A stretch of DNA of 64,000 bases from Anaerolineaceae bacterium (GTDB lineage Bacteria > Chloroflexota > Anaerolineae > Anaerolineales > Anaerolineaceae). Location of the stretch: the NCBI GenBank assembly GCA_040768265.1, contig JAXGNB010000002.1, forward strand, positions 240,177 through 304,176, in the 5' to 3' direction. The position numbers were made by a program, and so were the translations under genes. How positions within the stretch are numbered: the stretch's first letter is position 1; every line of letters begins with the position of its first letter. Positions 8,613 through 16,574 of this stretch are shown in pieces. Under the pieces are notes generated by a model. That model saw only the letters and a program-made list of their open reading frames with translations, was not told the DNA's origin and searched no databases.

Positions 8613-10454
8613 TCATGGGATCATGATGATCAGATTATCAAAGGCAACCTTAAAACCGCCTGTGTCGAAAGTTCCGGCAATAAACCCAAAGCTGCCCGGC
8701 GAATAATCCGGATCCTGGACTTGCCCAAGTAAAATGCCGTCAACTGCCAAAAGCAATTTTTCCCGACCGCATTCGACTCCAAGGCGATAAGGTCCGGACC
8801 CTGCCAATTGTTCGCTGTAGGTCCAATCAATCAGGGTCAAATATTCTTCACCAACCTGTTTCCAAATGGTGAAATAGCCATCCTCACTGATCTCAAGCGC
8901 TGTGAAGTTCTGGTCATCCTGCAGACCGCAAATAAATCCATAATCCGCGTCCCCCACCGAATTCACCACACGCACGTCTGCCTCAGCCATGAGTGTGTCA
9001 TACGGGAAGTATTGATCTGACCAATACCAATACATCGGTGAGGTCACTTCAATCGTATATTCGCCATTTTCATAGGCACGTTTTCCGTCTTCATCAGAAG
9101 TTCTCAGCCAACCGCTATCCACATTCGAAAAATCATCCTCAAAAACAATCTCTCCGGAGCCATGATAGGTCAGGTTTTGGCTTTCCCCGGTGCTGACTGT
9201 TACCTCACCCCGTTTGGCAGCCTCAATCATCTCTTTGGCGAGATTGATCGGACGCAGAGCGTTGATGAATCCGCCTGTTGGCACACAATCATCATCACCG
9301 TCAATGTAGCCGTCGCGGTTGGTATCCCGCACAGGTCTGCAATCCACGATATCAAGCGAGAGGTCTCCGGAACCCAGTTGGGTCGGGATCCCAACAATCT
9401 GCCCCAGGGAGTCAACCGCCAGCCCGCCCGAATTTCCGCCGGCTATCGTGCCGCTGGTCTTGATGAAAGCCCGATTGCCGTATGGTTCCTCGGAAGTAAA
9501 GCCGCTGACTTCACCCCGCGTGAGAGTGATCGTGCCGCCGCCAATCACCGGATAGCCCAGGATCACGATCGACTCGCCCAAATCCAGGGTGTCCGAGTCG
9601 CCAAGCGGCACAAATGGGAGCTTGAGTTGGCTATAGTCCAGTGGATTTCCCTGTATATCCCGTACCGGTTTAATCACCGCCAGGTCCAGGGATGCATCCG
9701 CCTGCACAACGTATGCGTAATAACTTTCGACCGGCGGCTGATCCTGAGCAACAGTCAGCGAGACGAGCAGCGCCGAAACCTGATCGAACCTGGTGGAGCT
9801 GACAACGTGATCATTGGTGAGAATCAAACCATCCGAACTGATGATAGTTCCAGAACCGGTCCAACGTGGAACAGATATACCATCTATATCCACAAAGGCA
9901 GTGATCTGCACCACCGCCTGGTAAGGGATGGCGCCGAGGTCGGGAGCTGGCTCTTCCGGAGAGAGACCAGGATCCCACCCCATAGGAGTGCTGCCTGCAA
10001 TGCTCATTCTGGTCTCAATCGCTGTTATTCCTGCGCCTGAGATTACCTGCCAATTCCCCACCACGTCCCCGCTCTTGTTGGCTCTAAACCGAAAAACAAA
10101 TTCCTCAACCCCAGTTGGAGCAATGGTCAAATCCAGGTTAATGACACCATCCCCGTTCGCCTGGGTTTCCATAGCCAGTGGTGGTATTGAACCTTCGTAG
10201 GATGCCCAATCAAAAAAGTTAGCTTGAAAGCGAATTTCCTGGGCATTGGCATTGACTGGGTTTGGATTGGAAAGTTTGAGCTCCAAATCGAACACCTGAC
10301 CCTGCTTAATGCCCGTGTTCGGTTGTTTTGCGCTCACCTCAAGCTTCCCCTCAATACTTGTACTTGGGACGATGCAAGAGCTTAATGTCAGCATCGTCAG
10401 CAAAGAAATCAATAAACACTGCCTGAATTTGATTCTTTTCATCTTCATCGCCAA
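8613..10454 (-). CDS. Secreted lipoprotein: trypsin-like serine protease (S1C) with a C-terminal jelly-roll (DUF1080/LamG-like) domain
   Basis: Lipobox LTLSSC. Catalytic His (LTNDHVV), Asp (DLAVIK) and Ser (GGNSGGLAV). A Ca-binding-loop-like DTNRDGYIDGDDD segment. The C-terminal ~170 aa have the pattern FEDDFS..GW...Y...GF......DG...W...G.....V.FDN. Confidence 0.8.
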   Translation of the reverse strand: MAMKMKRIKFRQCLLISLLTMLTLSSCIVPSTSIEGKLEVSAKQPNTGIKQGQVFDLELKLSNPNPVNANAQEIRFQANFFDWASYEGSIPPLAMETQANGDGVINLDLTIAPTGVEEFVFRFRANKSGDVVGNWQVISGAGITAIETRMSIAGSTPMGWDPGLSPEEPAPDLGAIPYQAVVQITAFVDIDGISVPRWTGSGTIISSDGLILTNDHVVSSTRFDQVSALLVSLTVAQDQPPVESYYAYVVQADASLDLAVIKPVRDIQGNPLDYSQLKLPFVPLGDSDTLDLGESIVILGYPVIGGGTITLTRGEVSGFTSEEPYGNRAFIKTSGTIAGGNSGGLAVDSLGQIVGIPTQLGSGDLSLDIVDCRPVRDTNRDGYIDGDDDCVPTGGFINALRPINLAKEMIEAAKRGEVTVSTGESQNLTYHGSGEIVFEDDFSNVDSGWLRTSDEDGKRAYENGEYTIEVTSPMYWYWSDQYFPYDTLMAEADVRVVNSVGDADYGFICGLQDDQNFTALEISEDGYFTIWKQVGEEYLTLIDWTYSEQLAGSGPYRLGVECGREKLLLAVDGILLGQVQDPDYSPGSFGFIAGTFDTGGFKVAFDNLIIMIP

Positions 10455-10575
10455 TCTCCGCGGAATCAGGAATACTCTTATATTTTACATGAAAGGGAGC
10501 AGTTTTCGCTAAGCAACCCTCAGTTCAAATACCAGGCATTATAATTACACTCATCCATCGCGGGAGGAGGTATTC

Positions 10576-11226
10576 ATGGAAGAAAATTCAGCGGCCCAAA
10601 AAGCAATAAAAAGCACCGGTTTTAATGCGGTCATCTTCACCGCGATCGCCATCCTGCTTTTGATCCTCCTGGTAGCTTTCAACATTAAACCGCTTTACAA
10701 TCACTTTGCAGGACCTTTCGAGGTGACCAGCCAGGAATTGATTTCTTATCAGGGCCCACAGGACACCTTCCGCACTCACGTCACCACCCATCCGGATGTG
10801 GCTCTGGACACAAATTTCTACTATTACGAGAAACAGGAAGGCGGCGCTGAGAGGGTTATCCATTCTTATTATGCCCTGATGTTAGATGACCGCCTTTTGT
10901 TAGCGAAATTACCGGGAAGCAGCAAAGGAGACCTTCTTCAACCCGAACCGGTCACAGGCAGGATCGTTGATTTCTCGAATGAAGAAAAAACAAAGGTCTT
11001 GCAGGCTCTTGCAGCTGAATTCCCAAATCTTTCGGATGTGTTTTTGCCTTACCTCCTGGACACAACGGCAAATGAGGGGTCAGTTTGGTTTTCAATTATC
11101 GGCATTCTTATCCTGCTTGGTCTTTCCATCTGGAGTGTGGTTAACCTCCTTAAGCGCTCAAGCGGCTCTTCGGACCTCCCGACTGACGGCGAAATCTTGA
11201 ACTCTGACAATGTGACGTGGGGTTGA
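10576..11226 (+). CDS. Hypothetical membrane protein (two TM helices)
   Basis: 216-aa ORF with an AGGAGG RBS just upstream and TM helices near both termini. I recognise no family. Confidence 0.55.
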   Translation: MEENSAAQKAIKSTGFNAVIFTAIAILLLILLVAFNIKPLYNHFAGPFEVTSQELISYQGPQDTFRTHVTTHPDVALDTNFYYYEKQEGGAERVIHSYYALMLDDRLLLAKLPGSSKGDLLQPEPVTGRIVDFSNEEKTKVLQALAAEFPNLSDVFLPYLLDTTANEGSVWFSIIGILILLGLSIWSVVNLLKRSSGSSDLPTDGEILNSDNVTWG

Positions 11227-11321
11227 CGCATGCTGTGTTCAGCAAGATTATCCCCTACATTAAGGCGGGTGTTGGTTAGTCAAGATCTTTCCGTTTTCTT
11301 TTGTTAATAAGAGAGGTTTGT

Positions 11322-11490
11322 GTAGGTCAGGTTCCGTAGTTGAACCTGACATGACGAGCAATTATCAAGCACGGTTTTGATAAAAAATCCTTAAGTGTTA
11401 CTCCTATGAAATACGCTGATGGATACCAATCTAAAAAATGATGCGTTCCAAGGTTTGTTACGTCAGGTTGAAAAACGCAACCTGACCTAC
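11322..11490. repeat. Inverted pair of GTAG-headed hairpins (REPIN-like doublet)
   Basis: GTAGGTCAGGTT-ccgtagttg-AACCTGAC at 11322-11350 and GTCAGGTT-gaaaaacgc-AACCTGACCTAC at 11462-11490, in opposite orientation and flanking about 110 bp. Confidence 0.7.
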
Positions 11491-11519
11491 GCAAGTGCTT
11501 GCTTAGAGTAAAGTAAGTC

Positions 11520-12890
11520 GTAGGTCGGAATGAGACCGCAAGCGCACTACGGTTGATCAGCAGCCTGAAGCGGTCTCACTCCGACAAAACCAACTTTGTT
11601 GGCGGAGTGCGCAAATGAGGCGCATTCCGCCCTACCCAAACATAATTGTGACCCAGGCTTGAGGGCTCTGCAACTGCTTGCGTCCCTATTGTCAAGCCTC
11701 CCCATTAGGAATGCCTAAACCGAACAAGATTGCCTTGTAGGGTTGACGCCTGCGTCAACCTATAAGATGAGGAACAGGCAGGCCAGTTCCCTACGATGGC
11801 TTTTGGTAATTGTTGCCGTAGGGGCAGACCCCCGTGTCTGCCCTGAATATTATAAAAATTCACCCCCCAAAAAATCATGTTTAGTCGTAGGTTGGAATGA
11901 GACCGCCAGCGTACTACGGTTGATCAGCAGCCTGAAGCGGTCTCACTCCGACAAAACCAGCTTTGTTTGCGGAGTGCGCAAATGAGGCGCATTCCGCCCT
12001 ACCCAAACATAATTGTGACCCAGGCTTGAGGGCTCTGCAACTGCTTGCGTCCCTATTGTCAAGCCTCCCCATTAGGAATGCCTAAACCGAACAAGATTGC
12101 CTTGTAGGGTTGACGCCTGCGTCAACCTATAAGATGAGGAACAGGCAGGCCAGTTCCCTACGATGGCTTTTGGTAATTGTTGCCGTAGGGGCAGACCCCC
12201 GTGTCTGCCCTGAATATTATAAAAATTCACCCCCCAAAAAATCATGTTTAGTCGTAGGTTGGAATGAGACCGCCAGCGTACTACGGTTGATCAGCAGCCT
12301 GAAGCGGTCTCACTCCGACAAAACCAACTTTGTTGGCGGAGTGCGCAAATGAGGCGCATTCCGCCCTACCCAAACACAATTGTGACCCCGGTTTGAGGGC
12401 TCTGCAACTGCTTGCGTCCCTATTGCGAAGCCTCCCCTTGTATAATGCCTAAACCGCACAAGATTGCCTTGTAGGGTTGACGCCCGCGTCAACCTATAAG
12501 ATGAGGAACAGGCAGGCCTGTTCCCTACAATGGCTTTTGGCAATTGTTGCCGTAGGGGCAGACCCCCGTGTCTGCCCTGAATGTTGAAAAAAATTCACCC
12601 CCCAAAAATAATGTTTAATCGTAGGTCGGAATGAGACCGCCAGCGTACTACGGTTGATCAGCAGCCTGAAGCGGTCTCACTCCGACAAAACCAACTTTGT
12701 TGGCGGAGTGCGCAAATGAGGCGCATTCCGCCCTACCCAAACACAATTGTGACCCAGGCTTGAGGGTTCTGCAACTGCTTGCGTCCCTATTGCGAAAACC
12801 ACCCCTGTAGAATGCCTAAACCGAACAAGATTGCCTTGTAGGGTTGACGCCCGCGTCAACCGATGAGTTGTGGAACTTGCCTGCCTGTCC
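11520..12890. repeat. Higher-order tandem repeat, 367-bp unit x about 3.7, built from GTAG/CTAC-headed hairpins (BIME-like)
   Basis: The unit start GTAGGT(C/T)GGAATGAGACCGC recurs at 11520, 11887, 12254 and 12621, an exact 367-nt period. The duplicated 80-aa ORFs at 11743-11985 and 12110-12352 mirror this. Confidence 0.9.
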
Positions 12891-12894
12891 TCTG

Positions 12895-13539
12895 CTAATT
12901 CCAGTTTATTGTCGGGTCGAGCGGCCAACCAAGTGATTCCGGATCGGCACCATACCAGTCGTTCGGGTCAACGTTGGTGGTTTCCATTCCCGCTTTTACT
13001 TCAACGGTAACCAGACTGTGGTCCGTGCAACTTTCCAGGTAACCGCAAGTGACAAAATTGGAATATGCCGCGTAAAAGGTTCGGGTGGGATTATCAATCA
13101 GGTAAGCCAACACATGGTACGTCCCCACTGGCAGCGCGTCAAACCGGTAATTCATTTGGTTCAGCACAGTATTCTGCCAGTAATACTCACCTGTCAGGGT
13201 GTTAAATGCCACAATCCTCAGCCGTGGGACCATTTCTGAGGGATAACCCAACCTCCCCGAAACGCTTCCGGTGGCTTGGACAGTTGCTGTCGGAACAGGT
13301 GTGTCGGTAGGCGGGATTGGTGTGGGGGTGGGTTCGGAAGTCGGGCAAGCCGGACAGGTCCCCGTTGGTTGCATCACCTGCGTCTGTAAAGAGGTGATTT
13401 GTTCTGCCTGAATGGTTGCTTGAACATTCACTGCCACCAAAGTTGCCCGCAGTTCGGCTTCAATGTTGGTATTCTGAGGGGTCACACAGGCGCTCAGCGT
13501 CAGTAGAAGAATAAACATAGGTAAAAGGATGCGTTTCAT
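12895..13539 (-). CDS. Hypothetical lipoprotein with a Pro/Thr-rich linker
   Basis: Signal peptide plus lipobox (LLTLSAC), a PT-rich linker (PTSEPTPTPIPPTDTPVPT) and a C-terminal beta-rich domain. No family recognised. Confidence 0.6.
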   Translation of the reverse strand: MKRILLPMFILLLTLSACVTPQNTNIEAELRATLVAVNVQATIQAEQITSLQTQVMQPTGTCPACPTSEPTPTPIPPTDTPVPTATVQATGSVSGRLGYPSEMVPRLRIVAFNTLTGEYYWQNTVLNQMNYRFDALPVGTYHVLAYLIDNPTRTFYAAYSNFVTCGYLESCTDHSLVTVEVKAGMETTNVDPNDWYGADPESLGWPLDPTINWN

Positions 13540-13723
13540 GTGTCTCCTATCAATCGGGAAAGCCTTTAAGAAATTATACGATCCCGAAGCCTGAGGTCAA
13601 AGTCCTTGATTAACGTTTTAAGGCTTCCCCACCTGCCACTCCATACTCCAATATTTTTTCTCCGCCACAATAAACATTCCCATTGCCATCGAAATTTTTT
13701 CTAAATGGCGTATACTTTATCCC

Positions 13724-14956
13724 ATGCTCGAATTTGACTTTCCGCCGCTCCAACCGATGGTATTTACCGTCACAACCCTTACCAATTACCTGCGCGAGGT
13801 GCTCGAGACCGACGAAATCATGCGCGACGTCTGGGTTAGGGGAGAGATTTCCAACTTCAGCCAGCCGCGTTCGGGGCACCTCTATTTCACCCTGAAAGAT
13901 AGCGATTCTCAGCTGCGCTGCGTGATGTGGAAAAGCCATGCTTTCCGCCTGCGTTTCGACCCCAAGGATGGCCAAAGTGTGGAAGCCCACGGCGCCATGA
14001 GCTTCTATCCTGCCGGGGGGCAGGTGCAGCTTTACGTCGATGAAATGCAGCCGGTTGGAGAAGGTCAGCTCTACCAGGAATTCCTGCGCTTGAAAGCCCG
14101 CCTTGAAGCTGAAGGGCTCTTCGCGCCAGAGCTGAAGCGTCCTCTGCCGCAATTCCCCCGCCACATTGGTGTGATCACCTCCGCCAGCGGGGCTGCCCTG
14201 CAAGACATCCTCAACACCCTGCGCCGGCGCCTGCCCCTGGCACGTGTGACGCTGGCCCCGACCCCCGTTCAGGGCGCTGAAGCCCCTGCCGGGATCGTCA
14301 ATGCTTTCCAGTCGCTTAGATCCCTGCCCGATCTGGACCTGATCATCCTTGCCCGGGGTGGCGGTTCGATTGAGGATTTATGGTCATTCAACGACGAATC
14401 CGTAGCCTATGCCATCCGTGCCTCCCAGGTGCCGGTCATCTCGGGCGTGGGGCACGAAACAGACTTTACCATCGCCGATTTCGCGGCCGACCTGCGCGCC
14501 CCAACCCCCACAGCCGCAGCCGAACTCGCCACCCCAATCACCAGTGCCGACCTGTCAGCTGAAGTTCTTGCCATCCGTCAAAATCTCAACCTCAGCCTGA
14601 AAACCAAAATGGGCACCCTGCGCCAGGAACTCTTGCTGGCAGAAAACCGCTTGCAGCGTCACTCGCCCGCACAGCGTGTGCGCACTTACCTCCAATCTCA
14701 TGACGAAACGCGCGGGCGTCTCGAGCGTGCCATGAGCCACTACCTTGCCCAGCATCAACTCAAGCTGCAAAACCAGTTTGCCCGCTTGGAAAGTGTCAGC
14801 CCGATAGCTGTGCTCAGGCGCGGCTTTGCCATTGTGAGCGACGCACAAACCCAGCAGTTGATTTCACGCTGTAATCAGACCAAACCAAATCAGTCCATCC
14901 AGATCCAGTTGAGCGATGGCAAAATCGCCGCAACCATCTCAGGAGATAACGCATGA
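13724..14956 (+). CDS. xseA: Exodeoxyribonuclease VII large subunit
   Basis: N-terminal OB fold (VWVRGEISNFSQPRSGHLYFTLKD), the catalytic region (IGVITSASGAALQDI, LIILARGGGSIEDLWSFNDE) and a coiled-coil tail. Its stop overlaps the xseB start (ATGA). Confidence 0.9.
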   Translation: MLEFDFPPLQPMVFTVTTLTNYLREVLETDEIMRDVWVRGEISNFSQPRSGHLYFTLKDSDSQLRCVMWKSHAFRLRFDPKDGQSVEAHGAMSFYPAGGQVQLYVDEMQPVGEGQLYQEFLRLKARLEAEGLFAPELKRPLPQFPRHIGVITSASGAALQDILNTLRRRLPLARVTLAPTPVQGAEAPAGIVNAFQSLRSLPDLDLIILARGGGSIEDLWSFNDESVAYAIRASQVPVISGVGHETDFTIADFAADLRAPTPTAAAELATPITSADLSAEVLAIRQNLNLSLKTKMGTLRQELLLAENRLQRHSPAQRVRTYLQSHDETRGRLERAMSHYLAQHQLKLQNQFARLESVSPIAVLRRGFAIVSDAQTQQLISRCNQTKPNQSIQIQLSDGKIAATISGDNA

Positions 14957-15174
14957 CCGACCAGTCCACCCCCAGTTTTGAAACTGCCTTTGCCTCCCTG
15001 CAGCAGATTGTCAGCCAGCTCGAAAACACTGAGCTGCCTTTGGAAGAAGCTCTGAAACTCTACGAAGAAGGTAAACGCCTCAGCGACATCTGCAGCCAAC
15101 TGCTGGAGTCCGCTCAATTACGCGTGGAAACGCTTTCTGCAACTTCTGCCGCAACAGACGGTGAGTCTGCGTGA
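14953..15174 (+). CDS. xseB: Exodeoxyribonuclease VII small subunit
   Basis: 73 aa, FETAFASLQQIVSQLENTELPLEEALKLYEEGKRL. Translationally coupled to xseA. Confidence 0.9.
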   Translation: MTDQSTPSFETAFASLQQIVSQLENTELPLEEALKLYEEGKRLSDICSQLLESAQLRVETLSATSAATDGESA

Positions 15175-15638
15175 GTTTTCTAAGCTTATTCACCAATCCG
15201 GTGGGGGTCTCAACCATGCTCAGCTGGCTTTTGGCGCAGCTGATCAAGGCGCCTGTTGAGTACCTTCGCCACAAACGCTGGGACTGGACGCTGCTGCTGA
15301 GCGCCGGAGGCATGCCTTCTTCCCATTCAACCCTGATGACCGCCGTCACGACTTCGATTGGATTAAACAACGGTTGGGACAGCCCGGTCTTTGCCCTGGC
15401 ACTCGCAATTACCGGCATCGTCGTATACGATGCTACCGGTGTCCGCCGGCAAGCCGGCTTTCACGCTGAACGCATCAACCAGATTGTTCGCGAGTTGCTG
15501 CACCTGAAAAGGCTGGACGAAAACGAGGTTTCCTATCTGCGGGAAATTATCGGTCACACCCCTGGAGAAGCGCTTGTGGGTGTGTTTTTTGGTATTGCAA
15601 TTGCGCTGGCAGTGCAGTGGGTCATGGTCTGGAGTTGA
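15171..15638 (+). CDS. Divergent PAP2-family membrane protein (DUF212 / acid phosphatase-vanadium haloperoxidase related)
   Basis: GGMPSSHSTLMTAVTT, VYDATGVRRQAG and GHTPGEALVG motifs typical of this family. Confidence 0.75.
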   Translation: MSFLSLFTNPVGVSTMLSWLLAQLIKAPVEYLRHKRWDWTLLLSAGGMPSSHSTLMTAVTTSIGLNNGWDSPVFALALAITGIVVYDATGVRRQAGFHAERINQIVRELLHLKRLDENEVSYLREIIGHTPGEALVGVFFGIAIALAVQWVMVWS

Positions 15639-15665
15639 CCCAATTCTCATCCACCAGCTAACAAC

Positions 15666-16532
15666 TCAATCCAGGTAAATGATCCCAAGGGCGTAACCGA
15701 GCTTGGAAAGATTGCCAAATGCTGCCTTTTGCAAGCTTGTCTGCTGGGGATAATCCGTCTTGTTTCGGTAGCGTTTGCCAAAGACGCGCTCCACGGCCTG
15801 CCTGTCATCCCCCGTTTCACTGATGACTTCAAAATTTTCAGCAAAACGCAAGATCCGGCTGTTTGGAGGGAGGAGATCCTGCAAGCCTGAATGCAATAAC
15901 CACGAATAACACACCATTGCCCTGAAGTGCGTTTCGGGGAAAATCCGGGCAAAAAACTCTCTTGCCGCCTGCAGCGACTCAGCCACTTGCTCTTGCCTTA
16001 GATCCGCCCCCGCCTGGATGTGCACGTTCAAAACGGGCGTCCCTGCAGGCAGCCTGGATTTTTGCGCATCGCTGATTAGAAAGAACGGACTGCCATTCTC
16101 GTAAGTTTCCAGGTAAACCATCTTCATCGGCTGATACTGTAGCACGCCCAGCTTGAAAATCTGTGCGTTAGCCAGGTGCCGCAGCCAGACGCAGTCTGCG
16201 CGGCTCAGGCCAACCTTGCCGGTGTTCTGTAAATACAAGCGTTGACGCAGGGTAATATCGCTGAATGTATCTGCAATAATTTCAGGATTGACGCCGAGAG
16301 CCTCGTAGCTGCGCCGAATCTCAGCCAGCTTCCAGATCAGGACTGCCAGCCTCCCCAGCGAATGCAAGCGGCGGATTGGAAAGTTGCGGTTGTCGCTTTT
16401 ATAAGCGCTTTTCGCCAAACCGTCCATTCGCCACACATTCCGCCTGGCAAAACCAACAAGCGATGCTTCAGCATCCTCTCCCAAATCAAGGTCTGCAAGC
16501 TCTTTCAGGAAAGAAACAGGAAGCTCAGCCAT
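15666..16532 (-). CDS. Hypothetical protein (possibly DUF5596 / acyltransferase-like)
   Basis: 288-aa ORF without TM segments. Coding is supported by its length and its position between real genes. The family assignment is a weak recollection only. Confidence 0.5.
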   Translation of the reverse strand: MAELPVSFLKELADLDLGEDAEASLVGFARRNVWRMDGLAKSAYKSDNRNFPIRRLHSLGRLAVLIWKLAEIRRSYEALGVNPEIIADTFSDITLRQRLYLQNTGKVGLSRADCVWLRHLANAQIFKLGVLQYQPMKMVYLETYENGSPFFLISDAQKSRLPAGTPVLNVHIQAGADLRQEQVAESLQAAREFFARIFPETHFRAMVCYSWLLHSGLQDLLPPNSRILRFAENFEVISETGDDRQAVERVFGKRYRNKTDYPQQTSLQKAAFGNLSKLGYALGIIYLD

Positions 16533-16574
16533 TTTGCAAGCAAGCCAACCAACTGGTCAGCTCTGGCAGTACCT

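Noticed and set aside
9162-10040. 292-aa plus-strand ORF
   Set aside because: It is antisense to the S1C protease, which has a clear catalytic triad.
11520-12890. Possible CRISPR array
   Set aside because: The period is 367 bp and whole units are near-identical. There is no alternation of a short conserved repeat with unique spacers, and there are no cas genes in the window.
11743-12928. Duplicated 77-83-aa ORFs inside the tandem array (11743-11985, 12110-12352, 12310-12543, 12677-12928)
   Set aside because: They are composed entirely of GTAG-hairpin repeats and occur on both strands. They have no RBS or recognisable protein features. Their duplication simply reflects the 367-bp DNA period.
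13610-14203. 197-aa minus-strand ORF
   Set aside because: It is antisense to xseA, whose identity is unambiguous.
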